A stretch of 64,000 nucleotides of DNA from positions 30,997,785-31,061,784 of the forward strand of contig NC_068986.1 of assembly GCF_001194135.2 (NCBI RefSeq), written 5' to 3'. A program made the position numbers and the translations under genes. Within the stretch, counting starts at the first letter, position 1, and every line of letters begins with the position of its first letter. The notes under the pieces were generated by a model. That model worked only from the letters and a program-made list of their open reading frames with translations, had not been told where the DNA came from and did no database searches. Below, in pieces: positions 1-13,505 of this stretch. The stretch comes from Octopus bimaculoides. Lineage: Eukaryota.

Positions 1-2560
1 AGACAACAATGAAAGAAAAAATATGTATTAAAGAACATAAAAAAATGCACCTAAAATCAAAGAAATCCCTCTTCAAACAAGAAAGTTCTCACTAAATAGC
101 AAAGAATTCATCAGAATGAAAAGTAAATGATTCTTTGAGGGAAAAAGCTTGACTCCAAAGTAAAACAATTTTACCAAGATGTAGGATAAAATACAAGAGA
201 AATCAATATAACAACAGAGATTGAAGAATTCTAGGGAGGAGCATGGACAGCAAAGGAATCAACACAACATACTTGTTCAAAATAACAAACACAGCACCTG
301 AACAACTGTGGGTGGCCATATCAACAGAAGAAGTAGGCCAGATGCTACAAAAATTGAACAACTGGAAGGCAACAGGAATTTATAAAATCCCAAACTACTG
401 GTTAAACAGGGACACACAGTGTAAGCAGATATGTTTATTAAAATGTTGAAAGAGCAGGAGACAACAAGTGATTGGCACACTAGTGGGGAAACTCTTTTAA
501 TACCGAAGACTGAAGAAATAACAAACTCTAAAGATTATACTTGTAACCTGCCTTCTTACAGTCATAGCACTGCAATAATATTGCAGAATATAAACAAATA
601 TCTGGAGTTGGGAGGAAAGGGCAACATACTTCTAGAAAAATAGAAGGGGTGCTTGAAAGACTCTTTTGGCTGTAAAGATCAACAAAAGACTATAAGATGG
701 AGGAACAAAGGCCTGAACTTGGCATGGGTGACTGATAAAAGGCTCCAGACAGTATTCCTCCACATGTGGGATCTTGAAAACATCAACCATGTGTAAGATA
801 ATGCCAATAATCCTGGAGATAGACACCCCACCCACCCAAAAAAAGAGGATTTATTAAGACTAACCTCATCTCTGTTAGAAGATAAATATTCTAAGGGAAT
901 TTCTTTCTATGCATTGTTTTTGTGTTTGATGCTTATACAGTTATCCAACATATTAAGACAGACTTGGGTATAAATGTGATACAGAGGAGATCATTCAACC
1001 ATCTTTTGTACACTGATGATGTTAAGTTTTATGCTATAGACTATAAACAAATTGAAACACTTCTACAGACAGTATACAGATTCACTAGAATAACTGATGT
1101 GAAATTCAGATTAGAAAAATGAACCAAGATAACCTCAAGGAGAATCAATTAAGAATATCAATGTCATGTTAGATAAAGAACTGGAGAAAAGAGAATTAGA
1201 CCAAATGGAGGTTTACAAATACTTAGGAATCAATGAAATAGAGTACAATAAATACAAATGAAAGAAATGACTAGGAGCAGATATTGTAAATACATTAGAT
1301 TAGTACTTAAAACAGAAATAAATGCAATTGCAATTATAATATTCTCAACTGAAGGCTAAAGGAATTAGCAAAACTAGACAGAAATGGAATAAAAATAAAA
1401 ACATTATTTAGAATATACCAACTGCAATCTGATATAAGTATCTTTATCAAGAAAGATAGAGGACTTATACATAAAAAAAAAATACTATAAAATATTCATT
1501 CATCATCATCATTTAATGATGTAGGACTACTAACATATTTAGTGAAGATTATTAAAAAACTAATAGAGAGAGTGAAGGGATATACAACTGTGTAAAAGAA
1601 AGAAGTAACAAAAGAAATTTTGAAACAACTAAAAGCTAAGCAAAATTTTAAAAAATGAGGTTACAGAATGCCATGCTAAAAGACTGAGTATGGAGGAGAA
1701 AGACAAAGAAATATCTTAGCACTGAGATGTACAGGACTCAAAAGCTGAGACTTGATTGCTACACAGAATCAAAACCTTCCCACCAAAAACTTGCTATACA
1801 AGCTCAAAGACTTCTCATCAGACACAAGTATGTAATGAAACAAAACACATATTATGTTAATGCAAAATACATGGAGGTTGGGAAGAAACCCTACCTGTCT
1901 CTGGCTGTTGAACTTCAGTCAAAAGAGAATACATTTATAACCCTGACAGATTTGGAGCTTTCATAAACAAGAAATTATGCTAACATTAAGAAATACTAAT
2001 AGAAAAGAGGTGGCATAAACATCATACACTTTAAAAAAATTTTTCATAGAATGACAAAGCAACCATACTCTGGGGTATGCCAATTTACACAGACAGGGGG
2101 ATCAAAGCTAAAACAAAATTATAGGATGCTTTTGTCAAAGAACATCAAGAAAAGGAATGCCTCCTAAAGAAAGTAATAGTTCCAGCAGATGATAATGTAT
2201 CTCTGAAAGAAATGAAGAAATTATCCAAATATGAAGATCTGGAAATAAACATAACCAGAATGTTGAGATTAAAAAACAGAAGCAATCCTTATGGTGGTAT
2301 AGGTAGGTGCCTTATGAATGGTTAAAAAATATATAGACAGGTAAATAACCGACCTCGGAACTTACACATATATATAACATATAGAAACTAATACTAAGCA
2401 CTGTATACATTTAGAGTATTGTCAATACAATATGACGTACAAAACCAAAACAAAAACAAAACACTGCACATACCCAGGTGCACACAACTGTGCTTAGTGG
2501 TGTAGTGAAAACACGCACTTAAAATAAGACTACTGAACAACAACAACAACAACAACAATA
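1..2560 (+). mobile_element. Decayed non-LTR retrotransposon, R4/Dong-clade-like (RT + restriction-like endonuclease), 5' part outside the window
   Basis: Frameshifted fragments appear in canonical order: WKATGIYKIPNYWL (~360-405), GCKDQ (~668-682), HLLYTDDVKFYA with the RT YxDD motif (1009-1020), KFRLEK, YKYLGI (~1213), then REL motifs PADDNVSLKEMKKLSKYEDLEI (~2182-2250) and an IP..V-GAL-like segment (~2285-2315). A 3' UTR follows, then an (AAC)n run at ~2535-2558. Many stops and frameshifts. Confidence 0.85.
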
Positions 2561-2756
2561 AACGACATTAAGATATCAGAACAAAATATTGATTTATCAG
2601 TTTTACACTGTTTATACATAATACAGTCAACAAAAAAGAAATGGCTTAATTTGAAATGGTATCTGAAGTCATTATATTGACTTATAACAGAAATAAAATT
2701 GAAATACTTTGACATCCTCTTCCTTATCATCTTGGCATATGTTATAAAGATCCATA

Positions 2757-2797
2757 CAACAACAATCATACGATGCAGCAGTGGTAGTAGCAGCAGC

Positions 2798-2842
<45 letters not shown>
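2757..2842. repeat. Compound (CAA)/(GCA)/(CA)n microsatellite
   Basis: Seen directly in the sequence. Confidence 0.9.
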
Positions 2843-2844
<2 letters not shown>

Positions 2845-4169
2845 CTTGCCAGGTTATTTATGAGCTCTCATTTCCTACTGCCTCTTCAGTGGACATTGAC
2901 CAAAATTTCTGAAGAGTTGCATTCATAGTTTAACATATATATGTATTATCAGTCACTGTATGTCTTCCTTCCATCTTTGTTGTTTATGTTTCACAGCTAT
3001 CCACCACAGCACTTTTGACAAAGGTATCATAAAGTTTATTATTTGTGAAAAGGAGTTTCTTTTGTCAAGAACAAAGGCAATAGATGTGTAAATTTTATTC
3101 CATCAACTGTGCACTAAGACCTATTATTAAACAGATTACCTGGATAACAGAATATGTTTCCAGTGAATTAATGCGTTACTCTGAGGAGGAGGATTTCATT
3201 GACAACTTCTCATACAAATTAAATAACTATCTAACTGGATGTTGTATGACATGCTACATGTCATAAATCTAATAATAAATGTTATTTTCCAAATTTAATG
3301 GAAATAACCTCTGTATCTAATAGTAATTTTTCATGTCCTCTGATATGCATTATGAAGTAATGTTTACTTCGAAGTAATGTCGCTTTTAAATTTAACCCTT
3401 AACAACTGGGCTTGATCTACTGACCCCATAATTTTTGTGTTAGAAAGAGAAAATGACCGAGTCTTCAAGAATATCTATACATTACTTTGTTTTTATTGAA
3501 ATTCAGATATTCTTTTATAGAATTTGAAGTAATAAGATCCGTCTTCTCTCCTCCTTTTCTGACATTGATTGTCCAGTAAGTAAGTGAACTGATCTGAGAC
3601 TGTGGACTAAAACTGAAGCAATTTACATTATGGAAAATCCACTTTAGTCATCTAAAAGCACATAAAAATTATTAAATTCACTTTTATTTCTTGAAGTGCA
3701 ATGGAACAATGTGAATGACCAGGTCACCATGATGCGTCATAAATTCTGACATCTCAAGAAATAAATGAAAAGTAAATTTAACAGTTATTGTTTATTTTTA
3801 GATGTATGCAATGGCTCTGTGGTATAAGAACTGTTCTTTTTCTCTCTCTCTCTCCTGTAAAAAATGGTTTCGCTTCTTCTGGTATTGAAGAATTAATAAT
3901 TAAACAAATCTACATAATTAATCTTCTGAGAGCATTTCACATCTTAGATTTTATGAATCAGAAATTTAGGGCTACTCCTCTTGAATTCATCTCTTTATAT
4001 ATCTGAAACAGTATGTTAGTCATGAAAATTCTTCTTTACTCTGTATGTAACCATATTCTACCTCATATTTAAGTAGTAAACAACTGCTGCTCAAAATGTA
4101 ATCACTAGTATCATAGACCATATACAAAGAAATGCCCTGTCAATTTGACAGGGAAACTTTTAAATTTGT

Positions 4170-4570
4170 GTACAGGAAAGAGTGGTTTTAGGTTTGTCAC
4201 CACTACATGGCATCTTAGATAAGTGTCTACAAGTGTAGCCTCGAGTTGACTAATGCTCTGTGAATGGAACTGATAGATAGAAACTACACTGAAGCCCCAT
4301 TGCATGTGTGTAAGCATATGTGTGAATGTTAATTACACATTTTCATTTACATCATCACGGCAAAAAAGGTGACATTGTGCATTCTCCACTAAACAGATGT
4401 TCGATAGTTCACTCAGTTCAGTACAAATGCAAGAACTGAGGGATGAAAAATAAGCAGGTGTTGATGACAGGAAGAGCATCCAGCCGTACAAAATCTGCCT
4501 TGAACAAGTTTCATTTAATCTATGCCCGCAGAGAAATAAATGGGCAAGACAAATGATGATGACGATGGTG
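4170..4570 (+). mobile_element. Diverged tRNA-head SINE (family A head) with RTE-type 3' tail
   Basis: The head matches the 18661 copy (…catggcatcttagataagtgtcta…gaaactacactgaagccc). The tail 'gacaggaagagcatccagccgta…atgatgatgacgat' matches the RTE 3' end at 17528-17762. Confidence 0.7.
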
Positions 4571-4574
4571 AATT

Positions 4575-4770
4575 ACATTGCTAGAAACAGCAGCCATATC
4601 TCCTTCAGACTAGCATCTACAATCTTAAGAAAGGCAGGACACAGTGAAATGCACTCCTAGATATATCATAATTAAATAAAAACAGGATGATCATAGGTGA
4701 AATACTTTTGATCACATACTTGCCTTATCAGGGTGAACCTGTGAGCTAAACAGCATCAGCCCTTATCCAG
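4575..4770 (+). mobile_element. Interspersed repeat family B (SINE-like, ends …gctaaacaacaac)
   Basis: Motifs 'ctagaaatagcagccaaatctccc', 'ggacacattggataatg' and 'ttgatcat…gggctaaacaac' recur at ~13890-14085(-), 17040-17160, 22090-22310, 24340-24540, 41510-41710, 50030-50200, 54640-54830(-), 62840-63030 and 63120-63190. Confidence 0.7.
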
Positions 4771-7639
4771 TAACATGTTTCAATTCTTGGAATATTTATT
4801 TTGATTATTTCTATTAATGCTATTATAATTTCCCCTCTAGACATGATTGAACACCAAAGTAACCATTAGTCTTATCATCTTTTTTGATACACACCATTAT
4901 CATTAAGTATTTGTCCCTTCACTTGAGGACATGTGCTGTCTTTCCTCCCCAAAACTACAACTCTTGAAAATTCTACCTACTCACCTCAACTACTTAGTAT
5001 TTCTCCAGAATCTAAATTAAACATTTCACTATACAAACATAACTAAATTTCCATTCACTTGAAATTTTAATCTGTAATTAATAAAAAATGAAGGTTCATT
5101 TAGAGTAGCAAGAATTATTCTACAAATATAATAGCTGTTAGAAGGTTTTAAATATTAATTTATTATTCATCACTATATTTCTAATTTAATTTCTAAACTG
5201 AACCTTTGAGTTTCATACTTCTAGCAAAAATACCTTTCATGGTGAAAATAAGTAGATTGCTAACCCTCCACCTCTCCCTCTTTCTTTCCCACATGCAAAC
5301 ACAAATACCTTAGAGATAAAGTTTATTTCTAACATAGATATTGAAACAAGACAAATATATATGTATAAAGCAAAACTCAATATCATGCTAAAATCAGCTG
5401 AAATCTAATATTCCCCAGAAAGGATAAACACACTTCAATAATACAGCAAATCTAAAATATTACCAAAGGAAGAAAAAAAAAATCCAATTAATTTAAATAC
5501 AACAAAACCAGGATAGCAAACTAGAACAGGAATAACAGACATTCTATTTCATCTATCTGAATTCTGAACATAAAATGAAATATGGGAAAGAAACAGAGAA
5601 AGAAAGAAAAAGAAAAAAAACCAAACTGAATTTTCAAATTTGTTAATCTTATCCAATACAAACATGAAATTTGCACTAAACATCTTTTACATATCATATG
5701 AAAGTATTAATATAGGCAAAAAAAGCAAACAAAATCTTAAAATCTTTTTTGTGTTTGTTTGTTTGTTTTCTCTGATGAGGTGATATACATCTATTTATAA
5801 AATACTTGAAACCAACTTTTAATTTCAACCCTCAAGACAGCCTGATATATATTTGTGTACATTTAAAATTGGAACCTCAAGCCAAAAACATGAATGATAA
5901 TGAGATTTTCAGTTAGTCAACAACGACAACAATATAGTGAACTGATATCTGGAGATACAGATATTTTAATAAAATCCCACCAATGTCCTGACTGTATTGA
6001 AAATCAATTGAAAACACTTAAGGCACTCTCTCCATTAAGAAATATACTCACAAAAGGGTTAAAGATAATACTTTGAACTAGCACAGCTGCTGGAGAATAA
6101 ACCACATATGGTTGGTTGGGACATTGAATGCAACAAAGAAGTCAAACATAGTCAGAAAGAACAAAGAACCTCATGTGAAATAGGACTTTCAAAATAGGAG
6201 TCTAGCTATCAGACAAGTTCTTTGTTCATTGTACAGCAATCTTTACAGATGTATTTCAACTGAAACATCTTGGTTACAAAAGCACATTATCAAATATTAT
6301 TCTATATATTTATATATTTAATATTTATTTAGATTTGAAAATTATGATAAAGATATACATGTACTACACACACACACATCAAACATGTAGGCGAAACAGA
6401 ATATATTTTGTTAGACTAATGATTATGGATTAAATAGCTTCACTCTCAGTTTTGTCTGTGGAATGCTTTATTCCAAGTGGCTGGGCATAGCTTCTTTTTG
6501 GACATGTCACCCACTGGAATATATATGAAAATTAAATCCAATTTATGATTTAAATGAGGTTTTAAATTGCAGCTAAATATAGGAAATAGCATATTTGCTT
6601 TTATATGAACTTTGTAAGTATGTTCTTGACGATGGTTCTATGTTCTCCAAGGAGTGCACAGAATTGTATGGTAAGCCTCAACTAAGGATGTATATGAAGG
6701 TATAAACAAAAACAAACGAAAAAACGAAAATCAGGTGAAAATTTGAATTAAACACCCACAGCTGGATGGCCAGTAGCAAACAAGTGATGTAATTAAACAG
6801 TATTCACAAAATGATTTCAATTCCACCTGGGTATGTTCTGCTTTGCCTTGATTGAGATAAACAGCAGATACACATACAAATGAGAAAGAGAGAGGGGGTG
6901 ACATTTCTGTTGTGAAAATCACTCTACTGTGAAAATTTATACCATGACTGCTCTATTTCAGACTAGAGGAATACATTAAACAGCATTCCATAATTTTCGC
7001 ATGCAAGCCAGCGGGGCTTAAAAGAAAACAGATCCTGTTTGATTTGAGGTTGTGTTTGTGTTATGGATGTGTGTGGAGGGATGGGGGGTGGCTATACAAA
7101 CAAAGGGATGGATATACAGACAAAGGGAAGTGTATTCAATATATGGAAGAGTGTTTTATGTATTCATTCACCTGAAGCCTTCATTCTGTGATTACTTCTG
7201 AGAGCTTCATGCATGAATGATGGGAGTGGAGCTTTGGATGATAAAGGATAGCAAGAATGGAATCAGTAAAAATTCAAAATGGATGCTTTGCAGTAGTTTA
7301 ATATTTCGAATATTATTGTTCTGATCTCAAATCCCACCTTTGCTTAGATTCTTTCTGAGCTGTTAAAACATTGATTAGAAACAAACCAAATTTGATCTTA
7401 CCGGATATATGCCACAGTCACCAAAATTTCATGTCACTTGCCAAATAACTTCTTTCACACAGAAAGAGAAAGTGCTTATATTATTATTTTATTTTTTTAA
7501 TTTTTTTGCAGGGAGGGAGAAGTTTTGCCAATTTTGTTTTTCTTTAATACAGGGTCTTCATGCAATGATTTGTAAGTCAGTGCAGCTATTACACATAGAT
7601 AACCAAGGTTGCTCCCTGCCACATACACACACACGCAGT

Positions 7640-8120
7640 GATGGAAACAGCTAGCCAAAGTCGATAGCTAACTTGCTAACATACTTCAGCCTCAAGCCCA
7701 GATACACTATCTTCTCATTGCATCTTTTCTCTCTGCTCTCCAAAGTTGATTTATCTTATACCACCCGCACTCAGACACTGCTAGCTCATTTACATCTTCT
7801 CTCATCACCTGAATTATGTCCACCTCTCAGGCCCTACATTAACAACTATCCTTAGTCCTTCCTCCTCATAACACCAGCCCTCTTGGCCTATCCGACCTGT
7901 GTTCTTAATGCATCAGTCAACTCACAGCTGTTCATGTGGAACCTTAACTGCATAGATTTCACCTGTCTTGAGTGCTGTCAAGGCCATGGACACCATAACT
8001 TTCTCCAGACCAAAGCATTTAAAAAAAAACAAAAAAACTGTGTAACTACTTTCCCAAGTCATATTTCTCATCATATTCTTTCCATGATCACAAAGTGTTG
8101 CTTGAGAGGTGTTGAAATAA
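7640..8120 (-). mobile_element. Highly decayed RTE-like LINE 3' coding remnant
   Basis: GC-richer patch. The minus strand gives VMREDVNELAVSE, preceded by a GxVMRR-like segment, resembling the RTE C-terminal 'GHVMRR…VREDM..LGV.E'. Very degenerate. Confidence 0.4.
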
Positions 8121-8205
8121 GGTGATCTATGAGTTTGGTACTTTAGTACCAAACTCATTTCTGACATTCAACAGAGAAACCTAGCCAATTATAGTCATGA
8201 TTCCA

Positions 8206-9387
8206 TTAACCCTTTCGTTACTATATTTCTGACCAAAATACACCCCTCATGAGTTTCAATTAAATTCTAAAATAATCATGAATTTAGACTAGTCTCATTA
8301 AACACCTGTAACTTTTTTATTTATCAACATATTAATGTGATATTTGGAACATAATTAAAGAAAGGGTTCTTAATCAATTCTATGGCATAATTTTTGTCTC
8401 AAAGTTCTCCACATNNNNNNNNNNNNNNNNNNNNNNNNNNNNNNNNNNNNNNNNNNNNNNNNNNNNNNNNNNNNNNNNNNNNNNNNNNNNNNNNNNNNNN
8501 NNNNNNNNNNNNNNNNNNNNNNNNNNNNNNNNNNNNNNNNNNNNNNNNNNNNNNNNNNNNNNNNNNNNNNNNNNNNNNNNNNNNNNNNNNNNNNNNNNNN
8601 NNNNNNNNNNNNNNNNNNNNNNNNNNNNNNNNNNNNNNNNNNNNNNNNNNNNNNNNNNNNNNNNNNNNNNNNNNNNNNNNNNNNNNNNNNNNNNNNNNNN
8701 NNNNNNNNNNNNNNNNNNNNNNNNNNNNNNNNNNNNNNNNNNNNNNNNNNNNNNNNNNNNNNNNNNNNNNNNNNNNNNNNNNNNNNNNNNNNNNNNNNNN
8801 NNNNNNNNNNNNNNNNNNNNNNNNNNNNNNNNNNNNNNNNNNNNNNNNNNNNNNNNNNNNNNNNNNNNNNNNNNNNNNNNNNNNNNNNNNNNNNNNNNNN
8901 NNNNNNNNNNNNNNNNNNNNNNNNNNNNNNNNNNNNNNNNNNNNNNNNNNNNNNNNNNNNNNNNNNNNNNNNNNNNNNNATACAGAAATATCCGATTTAT
9001 TATCGTTCACCACGTGCTTTTGTAGCTCATTCATTCTTTTCTTCGATATCTCCATATCTTTTGTTGAAAAACCTTCAAATTCGGAATCACTGCTTGATAG
9101 CATGAAACTCCTCTCCATCTTCAAAGTTGAAAAAAATCAACGCCGCAAAAAAATGTGGGAAAAAATCTTCCAAAATTCACTGAGTTCAAAAATCACGCCA
9201 AACAATGTTGGAGACAATAACTCAACTGTTTGCAAAGTGAAATCAGGTGTTTTAACGAATGTATTAACGAGATTTGGGTTCAAATATACATTTAAATAAC
9301 AACGCTCGGCCGGCTACGGGCGGGTTAGTCTTATGAACCAAAAAATTTTTCGGCCGGCTATGGCCAGGTTAGTAACGAAAGAGTTAA
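8206..9387 (-). mobile_element. piggyBac-type DNA transposon, probably internally deleted, spanning a gap
   Basis: TTAA at 8206-8209 and 9384-9387. TIRs CCCTTTCGTTACTA / TAGTAACGAAAGAG (13 of 14 match). A minus-strand ORF from 9124 (MKMERSFMLSSSDSEFEGFSTKD…) has the acidic SDSEFEGF-type N-terminus seen in piggyBac transposases. Subterminal direct repeats at 9306-9329 and 9351-9374. Confidence 0.8.
8415..8980. other. Assembly gap (N)
   Basis: Run of N. Other gaps: 14245-14254, 15222-15626, 29626-29990, 44610-45502, 55400-55668, 58355-58648. Confidence 1.
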
Positions 9388-9441
9388 ACAACCTGGAACT
9401 TTAATATCACCTGTATCATTAACACCGTCATCATTTGTGAT

Positions 9442-9762
9442 TTAACCCTTTAGCATTCAGATTCCTCTGTCAAATGGAATGCTCATTTATTCATATTGTT
9501 TTGAATTGGTTATGCATTATCTCATAGCTTCAAGATTTTGATAATCGCTTACTCTTTTACTTGTTTCAGTCATTTGACTGCGGCCATGCTAGAGCACCGC
9601 CTTTTAGTTGAAGGAATCAACCCCAGGACTTATTCTTTGTAAGTTTGGTACTTAGTCTATCGGTCTTTTCTGCTGAACCGCTAAGTTACGGGGCATAAAC
9701 ATACTAACATCGGTTGTCAAGCAATGGTGGGGGGGGGGGGACAAACACAGACACAAAAACAC

Positions 9763-9813
<51 letters not shown>

Positions 9814-10064
9814 TATACACACACAACAGGCTTCTTTCAGTTTCCATCTACCAAATCCACTCACAAAGCTTTGGTCAGCACAAGGATATAGTAGAAAACA
9901 CTTACCCAAGGTGTCACACAGTGGGACTGAACCCAGAACCATGTGGTTGGGAACCAAGCTTCTTACCACACAACCACTCCTGCGTTTGTTTATATTTAGA
10001 ATGACATTGTAGGATAAATAAAACAGGTAGAATATTTGGGCAGGATATGGCTAGTTAGGGTTAA
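9442..10064. mobile_element. TTAA-flanked piggyBac-like MITE interrupted by a SINE
   Basis: Left end TTAA-CCCTTTAGCATTCAG (9442), right end AGGG-TTAA (10057-10064). The subterminal 'ggatatggctagtt' resembles 'ggctatggccaggtt' in the neighbouring piggyBac. The SINE occupies ~9549-9985. Confidence 0.65.
9549..9985 (-). mobile_element. Full-length tRNA-derived SINE, family A
   Basis: Reverse complement of the 18661-19050 copy from head (gcaggagtgg…gtggtaag) to tail (gactgaaacaagtaaaagagt), with an internal (TA)n/(CA)n tract. Confidence 0.9.
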
Positions 10065-10304
10065 AGTGACTTGAAGTTATGAATAGATTTTGCCATTGTC
10101 AGTGTTGTGGAAATCTGTTGGTATTGACAAACTGTGTATGCACTAACACAATGACAAATGGGAAGTTTCACCAAAAATAACAGAAATTTAGTGCTAACAA
10201 TGTAATGTAGAGAGCATCACAAAACCAACTAGAAATATTATAAGGTGAAAGAAAAAAAAACATCTTTGTTTTTTTTTTAAACTTTTACTTGTTTTAGTAA
10301 TAGC

Positions 10305-10462
10305 AGAACAAATCAACCCCAGTGATTATTTTTAAGTCTAGTATATTTTCTATCAGTGTCTTTTGCCAAACTTCTAAGTTATGGGGACAAAAACAAACCA
10401 ATGGTTGGTTGTCAAGCAATGGAGGGTGGGCAAACACTAGCACAAATACACACACAGACACA

Positions 10463-10518
<56 letters not shown>

Positions 10519-10635
10519 GGGCTTCCACAGTTTCCACCTACCATTTTCATTCACAAAACATTGATCAGCTTGAGGTTATAGTAGAAGATACTTGCCCAGC
10601 ATGCTACACAGTGGGACTGAACCTGAAACCATGCC
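10305..10635 (-). mobile_element. Diverged family A SINE with expanded (CA)n
   Basis: Same motif order as 9549-9985; (CA)n at ~10465-10516. Confidence 0.75.
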
Positions 10636-13496
10636 TGCACCTTAAACTAACAATATTATTTTTATTCTTCCAGCAAATACAAGAAAGAATTCTGAGCAAG
10701 TTTTTGTCTTATTCAACTACATTAGTGAAGCACAATGCAGTCAACCGCTTTGTGTTTCACTAATGAATATAAGACCTATTTACTATGTGATTCTTCCATC
10801 ACTACTTTGGCAAGTACAGAAGTCTACTCAGCTGAAAAGGTCACATAAGGCCAAAACATTTCTTGTCAAGAGAATTAAACAACAACAATCAATGACCAAT
10901 ACTGATTAATGGTTGCTAAGTTTTATAGTAAAGCTGTGAACAGACGATTTTTTGTTTGTCTATTATATTTCTACACACACAATAAATTTCTTTCAAAGGT
11001 TTTAAGCTTACATTAGTAAGAGTCAGATGGCTCTAAAATATGTAAATATATCGGATAAATATTTATTTTTATACATGAGAAGTATTCCAATGCTTGCTAT
11101 TCAACAGTGAGGTGTCATGGATTGCTTCTAGTTTAGCAAGTTAGACTAAACAAAGCAGTGTATCCTCTCTAGAGACACAATTCAATACCTTAGGGTTTGA
11201 TATCAGGACTTGAGCAGGTGATTTAACACAAATAATGTGGATACAATAAATAACCTAGATACAGTTTATAACCTACTTTATAATTAAAATAAAGTGAAAT
11301 AGAGTAATAGGAGGATGTAAAAACAAAAAAAGCAAAAACTAAATGAATATACTATATAGCAGCTACTGAAATAATTCAACTTCTATTATGCCCACGTCAC
11401 ATTATCTTGTGTGTTATGTATTAAAGGGATTTTAAACATTGCTAGTATCATCCAAATTAGATAAAGAATAAGGAATTATGAATGAATTATTAAGAATTGC
11501 AAACAATATTTGAAATTTTAAAGATAACAAAAGGCTAGCATAGCTAAGAAGATTCATACCATGTCCAAATCTCATTTTATGCTGTTTGCATTGCCTTGTG
11601 TAATATAATAATGTAGTTTATTGTAATCAGAGACCAGCTATCTTACTCAAGCTGGCTGTCATTGATGATAGATATGGACTAAAAAATATTACGAATGGGA
11701 ATAGGAACATAATAGAAAACTGATTCATACGCAATTATAGATTCTTCAGTTAAGTATAAAAAAGAATTGTCTACAATTCACTTCAAAGTGCAGCATACTC
11801 AAGCATGCTTAAGGCAAGAGAAAAACTAATCAGCATCTACTTAACAATAACATATAACAGGTAGGTAGGCAGATAAGAAGAGGTTTTTAAGAAGACAATT
11901 CTAGTCAGTGTATTAAGTGATATCTCAATCCAAGAAACTCAACCGAATGAATTACTGTGATATTATAGAAGAGAAAAGAACAATATCAACAGCAACCAAT
12001 ACCAGTCACTGCTAGAATACTCAGCAACGCACACTCGAACAGAAAATCAGCAACGATCAAACTTGCTACATAATTATAAATCTAGAGCTGTTGAAATATG
12101 TACAGCATGATAATGGAAGCTAAACCAAGTAATATCAATGAAAAAAAAATTTTTTTTTAAAAATTATCCTTTGCCAGTCAGTGAATATTGAATGACGCTT
12201 GTATCCATACAACCAGTGAAATCATTTTCCAAGCAAAATGCCTATCGAATGCTAATTTTGGCTTTAGGCTTGCACACGTTCTTATTCTAGAATGAATAAA
12301 AACTAGTTCATGCTTTCTCAAGAATATTAAGAGTTAAAGCAAGATCTCATTTGAATACCCTTGTTGGCTTGGCAACAAGTATCATTATAGAGTGCTTTCT
12401 TCAAATGATCGGTTTTGTCAATCAATCTTGCATCAATGCTTAAAGGCAATTTCATATCTATTTTTCATTAAACAAATTTCTGTATGCTTTACTTCTAAGC
12501 TGATAACACAGTTTGCAATTACAAATCATCAATATGTTCGACCATGATAGAGATGGTAACGGTTGTTGTTATATCATCAACATTATTGGAATATAATTAA
12601 GTAGGTAGGTGGTGTATCTTGACAGGAAAATCATGCACTAATATCTATTACAAACAACATTACTTCTTAAACATCTTTTTAAAAGACAGCTGCTTCAAGT
12701 TGACTATTTTGACATTTTAATCAAAAGATAACATTTAATAATACTACACAGAAAATATAGAAGCAAATAGACTTAGCTACAATTTGCTAAGTAAATGCTT
12801 TCAATGAAAATAAAATAAAAACAAGGAGAATTTGGCTTGTCTTATCTGTTCTCTGGTTGGTTAGCAAAGCTCAACTCTGATTGATAAAACCACAAATACT
12901 TGGTTCTCATCCTAAACTTGCTACCAATTGATAAACTTGACACTACTAATAAACATTAGATTTTACAGTGTTCACCTACAAACCCAAGATACATTTTTTA
13001 TGTTGACCTTTCATCTAATTCAGTGGTTCTTCAACTATAGCACCTTCTTGTGGGCATTGTGACCTCACAAAGCAGGTGGCAAGGAGCACCCAGTGTTAAG
13101 AAGGGTTGGGATCTTTTGATTTCTCTTAGAAATAAAATACTGAGAGAGAGAGAGAGAGAGAGAGATTTACTTGTTTCAGTTGCTAGACCACAGCTATGGT
13201 GGAGCACTACCTTGAAGGGGTTATTCAAAGAAATTATAGTACTCTGTAGCAGAACTGCTAAGCTATAGGAACACAAACTAGCCAACACTGGTTGCCAATT
13301 GGTGGAGGGAGGGGGTTGAACACAAGTTCAAAGACAATCACTCTTTTAAGCACTTTTTTGTAAAATCTTTGTTGCAATTAGAATGTGAATAGGAAGGGTA
13401 TTGTGTTATCAGTGAGAAAAAAATATGACCAAGGTCCAATAATTTTATTATCTAAGTCCTTGCATTTAATAAAAATTTGACACAAAGTATAGGTCC

Positions 13497-13505
13497 AGAG
13501 AGAGA

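Noticed and set aside
4135-4153. Perfect palindrome ccctgtcaa-t-ttgacaggg
   Set aside because: A 9-bp arm palindrome is within chance expectation for 64 kb, and there is no supporting context.
5772-5815. CUGAUGAG…GAAA as a second hammerhead (also ~53623)
   Set aside because: No proper stem II closure, stem III or stem I could be formed.
3391-6062. TTAACCCTT at ~3390 and AAGGGTTAA at ~6054 as ends of a 2.7-kb piggyBac
   Set aside because: Only 9 nt match, there is no internal transposase or subterminal repeat, and such ends are common here.
7171-7360. Minus-strand exon-like segment with good splice sites
   Set aside because: All three frames contain stops and no homology was recognised.
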